Assembly: GCA_002269645.1 (NCBI GenBank)
Contig: NIVC01001456.1
Span: forward strand, 222,228 to 286,227
Direction: 5' to 3'
Source of the DNA: Macrostomum lignano
Lineage: Eukaryota
Length of the DNA: 64,000 bases
Shown here: positions 50,496-62,751 of the stretch, piece by piece
Layout of the letters: every line of letters starts with the position of its first letter
Numbering within the stretch: position 1 is the first letter of the stretch
The notes under the pieces: model-generated
Seen by the model: only the letters and a program-made list of their open reading frames with translations
Told to the model about the DNA's origin: nothing
Databases searched by the model: none
Translations under genes and position numbers: made by a program

Positions 50496-51131
50496 CAAAG
50501 GGTGCTAGCTGGGATAGTGATCATTTGGGCACTACTTTCTACAACAGCATCTAAATTGCCTAAAGGAGCAGGTAGTTTAAGGAAAAACTATGGTCTAGAT
50601 GTGTTGATTTTTTTTCTCTAGCACTTTTGTTAGCGAGTTATGGCCCATCACGTGGTGATATCTATGGCCATAAATTGCGATTTCACTAGCTGTAGCTGCG
50701 GGTGACAGATCGCCAGACATGTCACCCTGCGACTACAGAGTATTTGGCGCATTCAAGCAGCTCATGCGGGGTCGAGTGCTTGGCATTCCCTTACATTGAG
50801 GGAATGAAGGAGGAGGATTGCGATGATTGTGATGACATTTGATTCTTTTGCTTGAGATGTTTCAAGAACGGTTGTGTCCCCGTTTGACCCCTGACCCTCC
50901 AATCCTAGTGGCTTTAAACTTTTATCTTTCAGCAGCTGGTGAAAATCGCAATTTATGTCCGTGGATATCACCACGTGATGGGCCATAACTCAGCTAATAA
51001 AAGTGCTAGAAAAAAATCAACAGTCATCAAGACCATAGTTTTTTCTTTAAACTACCTGCTTCTTTAGGCAATTTAGATGCTGTTGTAGAAAGTAGTGCCC
51101 AAATGATCGTTATCCCAGCTAGCAGCCTTTG
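50496..51131. mobile_element. Tc1/mariner-like MITE with ~200-bp TIRs and TA flanks
   Basis: Arms ~50496-50691 and ~50934-51131 are reverse-complementary at high identity; TA|CAAAGG...CCTTTG|TA. Confidence 0.8.
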
Positions 51132-51307
51132 TAATATATAATATTGTTAAAGCCAATTGAGCCCTAGAAGAAGGCAGTTCGATCCTTGGCGGGAGAGTCA
51201 AGTTAGCTTTTCACTGTCTATGGCCCAAAAGAGGGTCTGTGGATCAACCAATCTGATAATTTGGTCGCGCAAATCACCCATTAATAGCATTTAGCATAGA
51301 AGTCCAG

Positions 51308-52036
51308 GGGGTGTTTCATAGACCACTTGTCAGAGTTACAAGTGCGACAAGTGAGCAGTGAGTAGTGACAAGTGCTAGTTACAAGCGGTTTGTTTCATAG
51401 ACATCGCTTCTTGAAGAGTGAGCAGCGTTTGATTTTCGACAAGCTTGAGTAGTCCCGCGAGATTTGTCAAACTTGTAACTATCAGATTTCGCTTCGCATG
51501 GCAACATGGTCGATTCTGATTCGGACTCTTTGGACGAAGCTATTGGCCACGTTGCATTGGCAAAGAGACCTAGAATTTTTAAACCACGAATAAACTTTCA
51601 ATTTGAGGATCGAATTGATTCAATTCCTTCGTAATTATAGAGGAAAATTCTCCAAACAACTCGGCCTTTCTCTCGTTAAGTAGACGCAGTATGGCGTTCT
51701 TGTTTTCAACCGTGAGAGGCATTCTTACGCTTGCTAGTGGGCCAAACGTGTAAGATAGACTCTATGCCAAAGATTATATTTAAATACTGATAAATATCGT
51801 CTTTCCTCTATACAGCACTAGATCATATCCAGGGTCCAACGGGAGTCGGCTGTGGCTGCGCCTGGGACGGACTTGATGTTTGGCCCATAGATATCTAGTT
51901 CACTACTCAGTCAGCTTGTAACTTGTCACTAGATTTACAAATCAGTCTATGAAACAAAAATCTGTAGCACTTGTGATTTTTAACTTGTAACTTGTCACTA
52001 TTCACTTGTAGCTTGTCAAATCTATGAAACACTCAC
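51308..52036. mobile_element. Internally deleted PIF/Harbinger element
   Basis: Imperfect TIR GTGTTTCATAGA with CAG on both flanks (CWG-type TSD) and repeated subterminal GTGACAAG/CTTGTCAC. Transposase-like N-terminal stub 51506-51634 (+, ...KRPRIFKPRINF) converges on a Myb/SANT-like stub 51722-51579 (-, ENKNAILRLLNERKAELFGEFSSIITK). Confidence 0.72.
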
Positions 52037-52261
52037 CAGATCTTCTGGAAGTAAAAGCTTTTGGGGGTCTTTACAACAGCTGCTCTTAAGCAACTCTTAA
52101 GTAAGCTTAATGTTTATCGAATTCAACTTTTGTGGATTTGTCCGTTAGGGAGAATTCCAAGGTCGCAATATTCAACTCAATATCTGGAACTATTCCAACA
52201 CGTATTTCAAACAGCGCCTGGAGGTAACAATAAAAATTATACGCGCAAAGAACAATCCGCC

Positions 52262-53584
52262 CTAAACGTAGCGATATGGCGGATGCCCGTCGCCTCGCCG
52301 CTGCTGGTCGGACTGATGACCGCGGAACACGGAGCCATTTTTAGCGGCGCGCGATTCAGCCTCCAGCGTCATCACCGGGATCACCATAGACGGTGATGCG
52401 TGCAAAGCAGACGGATCGTTATTGATCATGTCGGCGTCGGACTTCACGTAGGGCAGCAGTTTGATGCGCTGAGCCTCGCGATTCTGATCGTATTTGGCTT
52501 TGTTATAAAGCAGTACGCCAAGAATGGCCATGCCCATGCCAACACAGTTGGCCGTAGTGACGGGATTTTGTAGTATCACAAGAGACATTAGGATCACGGC
52601 GATGCGTTTGCTAGCATTGGCCACGGCATACGATAACGGAGTGACCAATGCGATCATGGTGAACGCGATCACGTTCTGGGCAAAGTTAAGAAAGCCGTCC
52701 AGCAGTAAAAGGCCAACTACCCAAGTCCAATCTGTGCCGGCCATGGAGTCCCAGTTCGATAGGACGTAGCGAACGTCAAATATTAGCCAGACAGGCAGAA
52801 ACAAGAGACAGGAGATTCTGGCCAACACCAATAGCAAGCGAATGTGATGCATTCGAGTCTCTTTAAGACACTTCTTTGAGAACACGTTCTGCAGAGAGAA
52901 AGCCAAAGTAGCTAACAGTGCGCTAAGCAACCCGGTGATGTCGAAGCTGAGCTCAGTTAGTGTGGCAATAATTACTCCAGTGACTATTGGCGTTAACGAC
53001 AGGTACACTAGCCAAGTCTGGCGTTCGCGCAAGATAATTCTAGACAAGAATACAACAAATATTGGCATAGAAGCTTTGACTGTGTGCGCGTAGCTAATCG
53101 GCACCTTCCAGATCGATATGTGAGCCGACACGGCGGCAATGAATTTGCCAAATGCCAACGGAACAATCATAGTAGCGTAATAGCGCCAGCCTATTAAGTT
53201 CCATCGCACTGGCGGCACGCGCCAATACATGGCCAGCGGCTGGCTAAACAGAGCAGTTGATAACAACTGGAACAGCGTGGCCGTGGCCGGATAGGGATAA
53301 TAAGTTAGCAGACTCTTCCCAATTATGTTATTGGTTGAGCTGACTGTGTACCAGCACAGGCACAGGAACAATACTTTGCAGCACAGCATAGCATTGTCCT
53401 TGTCGCAGCCCGCATCGTCTTCGGCATCGCCGCCGCCAGGGTGCTGCGAAACCATCGGGACTGAGTGCTTTGCTCCGCCACGCCTGTCCTCAATGTCGCT
53501 CTCTGATAGGTCCGGCATCTCGGCATCGTCGCCATCAGAGATGGTCCGCGATCGGCCAAAGCGGGCCTTTTTAAATACCGGCAT
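52262..53584 (-). CDS. SLC35E1: Solute carrier family 35 member E1 (TPT-family nucleotide-sugar transporter-like), intronless CDS, 440 aa from the first ATG
   Basis: CLCWYTVS...PLAFGKFIAAVSAHISIWKVPISYAHTVKASMP...ATLTELSFD...FSLQNVFSKK...VTPLSYAVANASKRIAVI...QNPVT matches SLC35E1 motifs. First in-frame ATG is at 53584. Confidence 0.93.
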   Translation of the reverse strand: MPVFKKARFGRSRTISDGDDAEMPDLSESDIEDRRGGAKHSVPMVSQHPGGGDAEDDAGCDKDNAMLCCKVLFLCLCWYTVSSTNNIIGKSLLTYYPYPATATLFQLLSTALFSQPLAMYWRVPPVRWNLIGWRYYATMIVPLAFGKFIAAVSAHISIWKVPISYAHTVKASMPIFVVFLSRIILRERQTWLVYLSLTPIVTGVIIATLTELSFDITGLLSALLATLAFSLQNVFSKKCLKETRMHHIRLLLVLARISCLLFLPVWLIFDVRYVLSNWDSMAGTDWTWVVGLLLLDGFLNFAQNVIAFTMIALVTPLSYAVANASKRIAVILMSLVILQNPVTTANCVGMGMAILGVLLYNKAKYDQNREAQRIKLLPYVKSDADMINNDPSALHASPSMVIPVMTLEAESRAAKNGSVFRGHQSDQQRRGDGHPPYRYV

Positions 53585-54605
53585 TAAAGTATTGGCATGC
53601 AATAAGATAGGATTGTTGGGAATTAATTGGCAGTTAAGCACAGTAGTTAGTTAGAAGAGATTTAGTATATTGTGATAATCAACTGTGCCAAGTAAGGCAC
53701 CTTCTAGTTGCATTTTATCTTTTAAGAATAAGAATCATTTTAGGATAGGCTGTTCAACATTAGTAGACAGACTAATCCATAAACTACTAACGTTGCTACT
53801 CATAGTAATACACTACTACTTCTCTAATAAGTAAAATTCTTGACTTATTTTTATTTCAAGCTGCTTATTTAATTTATTTTGTATTGAAGGGGGCAATTTT
53901 TTAAAATTTATTAAATAATTTCTAAATCAGATTTTGAGGCACATTGACTAATCATCTTTTGCTAATTTGACAATTTAAAACAATTTCTAATATAATTTTA
54001 AAGTCATTCATTTTTAACATTGATAGTAAAATAATAAACCTAATTTCTATTATAATTTCCTTAAACTTTCAAATTTTAGATAAAAGCTATAAAAAGCTGT
54101 ATGGTTTTTTTAACTTTTAGCAAAATTAGGTAACATATACTACTATTTTTAAGGATGATCATTGGATGCTGCTAGTATACCATGATACTAGTTAAGACTT
54201 TTTACTCTTCTTAAAGGAAACAAAAGACAGCTGACCAGTAAGAACTATGCTAGCAAAATGTCACTTTGGACTTTCTGATTTTTCACCACCCTCAATATTA
54301 TTTGCCATAACCTACTTGGCCTAACTAGTTCATTTTATAGAAAGGTTTTGCTCTATATGAGTTGATTTGAGTCAGTTTTATTTGTTGCTTCTATTACATA
54401 TGACATACAACTAGTATCTTATTGTAGCTACAGATATGGCTATGGGAAGTTATGGATATAGAGTATTTTAAATAGAACATATATAACTAGTATGGCTATA
54501 GAAATGCATAGTTCAAATATCTCATTTTCATATTTAATGATATTGAGGCTACTTAATTAATAACCGAGACCTCCATTAAATATAAGCACAATGTATAGTT
54601 TAAGT

Positions 54606-54870
54606 CAGGGATAAGCAAACTGTTTACTTTAAGGGCCAGATGGAGAAACTAGAGCATGACTGCAGGCTGGAACAGGGAAGAGAGAAGAGAGGGAATGAAG
54701 AAAAGATAAGGGAGATAAAAATAAAGAAGATTAGAGAGAGCAATGCTGAGAAGAGCTATAAATGTTTAGCAAACTAGATTGTTACTATGAGGTTTCAAAG
54801 GACCCAAGGGCCAGACAGAGAGGCTTTGCAACCTGCATGTGGCCCATGGGCCAAAGTTTGCCAACCCTTG
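54606..54870. mobile_element. Old hAT (Charlie-like) MITE with 8-bp TSD
   Basis: TIRs CAGGGATAAGCAAACT and (rc) CAAGGGTTGGCAAACT, 12/16 identical. Flanks GTTTAAGT / GTTTAGGT. Subterminal GTGGCCCATGGGCC looks like a CpG-decayed GCGGCCCGCGGGCC. Confidence 0.7.
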
Positions 54871-54902
54871 GTTTAGGTAATAAGACTTAAAGTTAAGAAA
54901 AG

Positions 54903-55080
54903 ATAAATTTCTATTAGTAAATGGCAATTAAAACATTGCTATAATTCTATACTTCACTATTATAAGAAATTAAAAAAAACAAATTGTATAAGTATACAAT
55001 TTGTTTTTTTTAATTTCTTATAATAGTGAAGTATAGAATTATAGCAATGTTTTAATTGCCATTTACTAATAGAAATTTAT
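54903..55080. other. Perfect inverted repeat: two 88-bp arms with a 2-nt spacer
   Basis: 54903-54990 is the reverse complement of 54993-55080 (checked by eye, including the A8/T8 run). Confidence 0.92.
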
Positions 55081-57507
55081 TGACTATGTACTAAATATGT
55101 ATAAATATCTAAATACATATGACTATGTATTGAATATGTACTAAATAATAATATATTGAGCAGTCAAAAAGCTTTTTTAAGAATTAGAGTTATAGTAACC
55201 TTTTGAGATTCTACATTAAAATTCTAATTTGCCAAATTAAAAACCAATATGCCAAGCTATTTATAATAAGGATAGGCACCAAAGTCATATAGCCTATGCC
55301 ACAGGAGCTTCTGGTGCATACAAGGGCCCTTAATACACTTAGTGCATATAAGGAGTCCCTGATACACTTGGTATATAATCATGGCATATATTTAGATTTC
55401 AATGCATGCAGTGCACTTCTTTAGTGATTTATTATAAAGCACAATTATTTGCTAAACAAACTTACTTCTTTAATATATAATTTTCATGTATATTGTAAGT
55501 TTTAATAGCTATTAGAAATATTGATGAATAAAAATTTAAATAAAAGGTTGCTATCTAGCTATAGGTTCAAAAAGGAAGATAATATTAAAAATAGTAGATT
55601 AAGATTACAAAAAAGTTTTAGATTTTGCAGGTAGACATTGGATAAAGCAAAAAATCAGTTTTTAAATGACTATAAAGGTTCTAAAAATAGACAAATAGAA
55701 GTCTATCAAATATAACACATTATATGCCTTTTTATATAACATTTTAATTTTTTTTTTCTTTTATAATTCTTTGAAAAAATTAACATTTAACTAAGACATC
55801 AAGTTTTCAATGAAAAAGTATATTAATAAAAATGCTTAGTTGCCATTTGTTTTTTATAGTTTTTTATAGGTTAGGGCACTTGAAATAGTATATAAATTGT
55901 GTGCAGATTGTCTCAAAAATATTATAGTGTATACTGTGCCATTTAATTGACTATGGGATAGACTTAGAAGGCAAAGATGCCATGGCCCTTTTTAAGTTGC
56001 AGTTTGCAGCCAAAAAATGTACAATACCTTTTTGGCCAATTATGCATATACACAAGGTGTCCCAAAAGTAATGTCACTATTGCTTTTTGCCATAAATAAG
56101 AATGCATGTTAATTTTTTATATTGGTTGAGTAAGTGGCTTATTTTAGCTTTCATTCACTGAAAGTCTGATCTTTGCATATACATCCTGCTCTAGGCAGCA
56201 TGCATTTGTTTGCACACTCTTGACCATAGAAGTACACATGATGCAGTACTTTTATGCTTGTACAAAAGAATAGCATTTAGAGCAATGCAAATTTAGAATA
56301 AGAAGCAGCAGCAGCAGCAAGGCTTGATCTAGCCATGGAGGCTAATATTCACTTAGCAGAAGGGCAGAGACATACAATTTTTATACTCTGGAGTCTTGGC
56401 CAGAAATGCCCCAAAATTCATGACAACCTAACTTGTCTTTAGCTATATAGAAGACTTGTTGAATTACCAAATTTGCCTAGATTATTGCCAAATTTGTCCA
56501 TGTTAAAAACTCTCTACCCTAATTATATTTTAAGCCCCTGATTGACCTACTAAGACACAAAAAAGTTATAATAAATTTTTCAATACCTAATTTGTCAACA
56601 GACCTAAAATTTAAGAAATGGGAAAATATTAAATTTGTTAACAGTTACAACAAGCTGAGCAAATTTGTTAACAACAAGACAAATTTACTAAAGTTTATTC
56701 TTTAAAGCTTAACACAAGCTTATTGTGCATACATAACCCAAAATCTAATAAATTGGGCAATTGATACTATATACATAATACTATGGTCCGGGGTCATTTC
56801 GTCTGCCACCTTTTTGTCTGCCAAAGAATTTTAGCAGACGAAACAACTTTTTTATTTATGTTTATTTTGGTTCACTTATTTAGTATTTTAATTTATGTAG
56901 GGAATTAAAATAAATTAGTATAAGCAAGTTTTAAGTATGTTTTCTTATTTATATTGATACATTTTGTTTTTCCTGATACAGGACGAACAATGCCATTGAG
57001 GGATGGCACTCGGGCCTGCGCAAGCCTGCTGGTGTCTGCATGAACGTTTTTGCCCTCATCGGTGTCCTGGCGATCGAGTTTACATTTTCTGTGCCTACAA
57101 TTTTGATTGCTCCTTTCATTTTACACTTTGTGCATTTAAGCTAGTTGTATTCGTGAATAAATTGCATATGAGTTTACATACACAAAAAAAGAAAGTTGGA
57201 AGGAAACTAAATGGTTGGAGATATTTGCTTTTGGCTTTGTGTATTTATATGCAACATATTAGCTCCGGAACTTTCAGAAATATCCTAGCATTATAATAAA
57301 TTATAATTAATAAGACATTTACATTACACTTCCATGCGAAGCTTGATGACATAATTAGTTATTCCGATTTATATATTATTTTATATGCAACATATTAGCT
57401 CCGGAACTTTCAGAAAAATCCTAGCATTATAATAAATTATAATTAATAAGACATTTACATTACACTTCCATGCGAAGCTTGATGACATAATTAGTTATTC
57501 CGATTTA

Positions 57508-60500
57508 TCTCTACATATAAAAATCAAAACTCTGTGTGTCTGTGTGTGGACAATTTTGATTGCTATGGACTCCCAAACCGCTCAACCAAATTACACCAAA
57601 CTTTACACCCACCCTAAACTTACTACGGAGAATGTCTTAGGCTACCTTTTAATTTCCTAGACTCAAGTCTTCCTACCTAAAAGTACAAAAAACTGCTCAA
57701 AATGCGCGATTTTTCACTAAATCCTCCATAGCGCTGCTCCACTTCTACCGATTGTCTTCAAATTTGACACAGACAATCTTAAACTATTTTGGCACAATCA
57801 TGTAAAATTTCGAGTCTGAAAGTTAATCCTGAACAGCGCTGTGCACTTTTAAAGTTTGGCTGTTTTTTTCAGCGAGGCAGCCACCCCAACCTCCGCCTGC
57901 CTGCCTCTCTTTCCCGATCTGGGCCCAGATGTGTAAAAGGGTTTCAAAATTGACTAACTTTCAGCTGCCATAAGTTTGCTCCAAGTAAAGCGATTGACTT
58001 CAAACTTGACAAAATTCTTCATTGACTTATTTTCTGTCTAAATGTAAAGTTTCAACTCTCTAACTCAATCAGAACAGAAACTGTAAACATGTAAAGTTTG
58101 TCTGCTTTTTCTGTTGTTTGTGCCACTCACTCACTCATTCCCCCAGAGCCAGACGAAGGGTCAGGTGATAGGGCTCAATGTACATAGCGAGTGTACAGTG
58201 TTTTGGAATAACTTTTTAATAGCCCTCTCTGTACCCCCGGAGAGGCATGGAGAGGAGAGACAGTTTAGCGAGAGATTCAAACCACTGTCCTCTGTATAGA
58301 CAAGTCTGCAGCAGTTTAACTGTGGATGGCAAATCAAGAGTCAAGGCGATGTGGGATGGTTTGTAAAAATAGCGAAAAACTAATGAATAACTGTTTACAA
58401 TGCAATCCTACTAAATTAGTTAGTTACACCATGAAGCTTTTAACATTAAGATTCGCATAAGGTAACTTTAAAATTTAAATGGCTTCTAAGAAATGCGTAT
58501 TTTCTTGGTTGTTAGACTACTGCAGACTGTGGTGGTGGAGCTGGAGATACACAAATTCCTCTCAGGGCTGCTAATTGGCCAGAAAGATGCCGTGATTAAA
58601 GCATGAGATGAGAAATGATAACAATGATAGTACTATGTCCCACAAACTGGCTTTCAAAGCAGGGATCGGCAGATTTTTACCTGAACGGCCAGATAAAGAA
58701 TCCAGCTCATGGCTGCGGGCTAGATGAGAGTGAAAAGGAAAAGGAATAGACTATTAGAAAGGGAGGAGGGGCGAGAGGGGGATAGAGAAAAGATAGAAGA
58801 TATCAGGAGAGACGAGGGGGTGAGGAGAGAGCAGAGAATATGGGAGGAAGAAGCGAGAGAAGAAGAGAGAGGAGGGAGAGGAAAGAGTAGAGGTGAGAAG
58901 AGGGAGAGAGAAGAATGGAGAGAGGAGACATGATCGATGAGAGAGGAAAGTAGAGAAGAGTGAGAAGAGATGAGGAGAGATTAGAAAGGATAGAGAAGAG
59001 AGGAGATAAGAGGGGGAGAGAGGGGAAGAGAGAGGAGTGAGAAGAGAGGAGATAAGAGATGAGAGAGTTGAGAAAGAAGACAGGAGAAAGGAGAGATAAT
59101 AGAGTAAAAGGAAGAGGAGGAGAGAGGAAAGAGATTATATTGCAGAGATGAGGGAGATGAAAGGAAAGATGAGAGAGTAGAGATGGGAGATGAAGGAAGA
59201 GAGAGCAGAATACAGAGAGACAAGAGAAGAGAATAGAGGGGAGAGAGTATACAAGAGGGAAGAGAAGAGAGGAGTAGGAAAGAGAGGAGTCAGAAGAGGA
59301 GAAAGAAAGAGTACACAGGAGATAGGAGAGTAGAGACGATAGAAGAGAGAGGGGAATGAGAGAGCAAAGATGAGTGTGAACAAAGGATATATGAGAGGAG
59401 AGAGAAGAATGGAGAGAGAAGAGAGAAGACAAGAGAGGGAGAGAGTATAGAAGAGGGAAGAGAAGAGGCGAGAAGAAAGAAGAAAGGAAAGAGAGTCCTG
59501 AGTCAAAAAATGGGAAAGAGAAGAATACAAGAGGAGAGAGGTGAGAGAACATGAGAGTAAAAACGACAGATGACAGAAGGGAGATGAGATAGCGGAAACG
59601 AGAGTCAACAGACGAGAGATGGGAGAGTAGAGAGAAAAGAGGAAAGATAAGAAATAAGCGATGAGAGGTGGAGACAAGGGAGAGATGAGAAGTGAGTGAG
59701 GAGAGAGGAGGGGAGGGGAGAGAATCTGAGTGAGGAGAGAGGAGGGGAGGGAAGAGAATCTGAGTGAGGAGAGAGGATGGGAGGGGAGAGAATCTGAGTG
59801 AGGAGAGAGGATGGGAGGGGAGAGAATCGAGAGGCCAGGGGAAATTTGGTGTAAAGGAGAAGATAGGAGAGGAAAGAGGGGAGAGATTAGAGAGAAGAGA
59901 GATGAGAGGAGAGAGAGAAAGGGGGAGAGGAGAGAGCAGATAGAAATGAGAAAAGAGAAGACAGAGAAGATAAAAGAAGAGAAATGAGAGATAAGAGAGG
60001 AAAGAAGAGAAAACTGAGAGGTGAGGGAAGAGACGATAGAAGAGATGAGAGGAGAGAGTAGACAGAGGAGAGGAGAGAGTTGAGAGAAGAGAGGAAAAAG
60101 GAGAGAGGAGAGATGAGGGAAGTGTTGAGAGAGAGTACAGTAAAGAGTGAGAAGAGGGGAGAGGGAACAGAGAGTAGAGAGCAGAGAGAAGAGAGAGCAG
60201 AGAAGAGAGAGTAGAGAGCAGAAAGAAATGAGAATAGATAAAAGAGGAGAAAGGGGATTTTTGAGATCAAAGACCAGAAAGAAGAGAGGAGGAAAGAGAA
60301 AATAATAGAGGGGAGAGGGAAGAGACGAGAGAAGAGGGGAGAGAGGAGAGAGGAGAGGTGAGAGACGAGAGAGAAGATAGGAAACAGAAGAGAAGATAGA
60401 AGTTTCAAAGGATACAAGGGACATAGGGAGAAGCAGAGGTAGAGGCCAGAGTTTGCCTGACATTCTGGGCAGCACCCCAGCTAATAATTTCAATATTTGC

Positions 60501-60673
60501 CACAAATCCTAATTTTACATGAATGTACTCTATTTTATTTTTAGCACTATCCTAAATTACTAACTATTAATAAGTTTTTGTTTAAGTATGACTTCCGATT
60601 GTAGAATACACGCAAAAATAGTTCCGGGGATTGGAGTTCCCCGGGTTCAAAATCCGCGGGTTTCAACAGCTTG
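57508..60673 (+). mobile_element. Non-autonomous Helitron nested in the MULE-like element
   Basis: 5' A|TCTCTACATATAAAA...CTGTGTGTCTG...AAACCGCTCAACC. 3' GC-rich CCCGGG...CCGCGGG, then CAGCTTG|T (CTRR-like). No TSD. The empty site CGATTTA|TATATTA is preserved in the adjacent 136-bp duplicate at ~57364-57378. Confidence 0.72.
58725..60440. repeat. 1.7-kb irregular GA-rich polypurine tract inside the Helitron
   Basis: Seen directly; it generates the L/S/F-rich minus-strand pseudo-ORFs. Confidence 0.95.
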
Positions 60674-61334
60674 TATATTATATATATTAGCAGACAAAAC
60701 GACTATATCATATTTTGGCAGACGAAAAGGTGGCAGACGAAAAGGTGGCAGACGAAATGACTGTCAACCAATACTATTACATAGTTCAATTGAGTATCCA
60801 AATGCAAATGTATCAAGAACTAGGGCCTAGTCTATTAAGTATAGGCCTAGGCCTAGTTTGTATGCTATATATGCTTTATTATTTTTGTTATATCTTTAAA
60901 GTGGAGCAGCTATCATTTGAAATTCAAATTTTATCCCAAGTTTTGTTTATTGTCTTTACCATTAACAAAAGTTTTATTTGAATAACTTCATATTTTAAAG
61001 TTCAAAATACGTGCAAAAATAAGGCCTAGTTCCATAGATTTATTGAAAAATTTAGTAGGTTTAAAATTTACAATTTTTTATAGGTTGTAAAAAATAAATG
61101 TCAAATAAAAACCATTTGCCTTTGTTATCTTATATGTAGGCCTTTTTTCTTATGAATAGGGCTTAAGGCTAAGCTTTTATCTTCCAATTTTTAGCATAGG
61201 CCTATAATAAATATATTAGCTAGTCAATAGTTATACTCTTTATAGCATATTGTCAAGTAAATAAATTTGTTAACAATGCATGGTAAGGTAAAGGTGTTGA
61301 TGAATTCAGTGGCACCCGGCACAAACATTGCAAA

Positions 61335-61480
61335 AGTGGCACAGCCAGGGGGCCTGGGCCCCCATAAAATTTACGCCCCCTTAATTTCAAAGGAAAAACC
61401 CAGCCCTCCTATACCCTCTTCTCTGGGTGCTGACTGCTGAATGGCCCCCATCTCCCAAAAAAATTTCTGGCTGCACCACT
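61335..61480. mobile_element. Small decayed MITE-like element with G/C-run subterminal blocks
   Basis: AGTGGCACAGCCAG ... CTGGCTGCACCACT (inverted; both look like a CpG-decayed AGTGGCGCAGCCAG). No TSD found. Confidence 0.4.
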
Positions 61481-62751
61481 GGTGGCAATTCAAAGTTGGT
61501 GGAAATCTTGAAATAAATACTTTTTATATATAGGCCAAAAACATGGCAGCCCTATTGAACAAATTTAGCATGCAAAAATTATTTTTTGAATTAGGTTCAA
61601 CTTTGACATGCTAGGCCATACGGTCTACGTCTACAATGCATTACAAGACAACCTAAATAGGCCATCAAATACAGTTCTCGATCATCTAAAACACGTTAAA
61701 CCCCTTGCTAAGTATAGCTAAAGTTATAAAAGATCAAAACAATCTTTGCATAGAACACAGACATTTGGTATTCACAGACCCGCGGCTTAACTGACAAGTA
61801 GCAAGTAGGTTTGGTGGGGCCAGAGCACAGATACTATAAACATCTCACATCTGTAGTTATCTGTGAACTGTATGGGCCATGATCATGATCGAGAATCTCG
61901 AAAATAGCGAATTTAAATTTTTTAATTTGCTTACGCGTGTCTCATGCGTTGTTCATAATAGTCAAAGCAAAAGTGTTGTTAGCGTTAAAACAAAAAATAT
62001 GCCTTTCAAAAAGTCTTTATGACTTTAAAATATATGACTTTAAGCTTTTTAATTGCACACGAATATTAAGGCGCAAAGTTTTTTGAAGGTTGATAAGATC
62101 TATCGTCGCAAGAAATATTGTCCTTAATTAATATTATGTTGTATACAGAAATAATAAATAATCGAAATCGAATCTCTCTATTACTGACTATAGATCCCCT
62201 GTGCAATAATATGAAATAAATGGGGGATCAAATGATGTCGCCGTTGACCCGGGGAATTAGATCAGGCCGGAGTATCGCTTTTGCTGCATGTCGACATTAT
62301 ACATGCGCGCAATATGGACGTGTCTGCCCAAGCATCCTCACCGTCACACTCACCCGCTGAATAGTGGCTGGAATCGAAAAACGTTCATAGCGAAATGTTT
62401 GATTGTTTTGAAGAGACCACAATTACTGTTGCGGCTGTAAAGATTCCATCCCACTGGCCGGGAATCGTATAGTGAGTTATTGAGTTGTTGAGAGATGAGA
62501 TTTTCGATTATTCTGCACTCATTGCCGGTCCAATAGAAGGAGTCCGACAGCAAAAGCGACCTGATCGATACACCGCTTCCATTTCGGGACTAGATTACAC
62601 CCCCTTTGCGCGTAGGCATGCAATTCGCGATGCACTAGCTTAATATACCCGAGTTAAAATTAAAAAGTCAGGGGCGCTGATCATGACATCATGTGAATGA
62701 TCAGGGAGTGCGGAATGTCAGAGTTGCGCCAGCACCAGCACCAGGGTTGAC

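Larger units (their letters stand above)
56785..60769. mobile_element. Non-autonomous MULE-like DNA transposon, 3985 bp, 8-bp TSD AATACTAT
   Basis: Left GGTCCGGGGTCATTTCGTCTGCCACCTTTT versus right (rc) GGTTGACAGTCATTTCGTCTGCCACCTTTT. AATACTAT at 56777-56784 and 60770-60777. No transposase ORF. The superfamily call is tentative. Confidence 0.75.

Noticed and set aside
58724-60505. L/S/F-rich 249-aa and 456-aa membrane-protein-like ORFs
   Set aside because: Antisense translation of the GA tract inside a Helitron.
61826-61865. 40-bp mini element with CACAGATA...TATCTGTG ends like the 62752 MITE
   Set aside because: No target-site duplication; too short to call.
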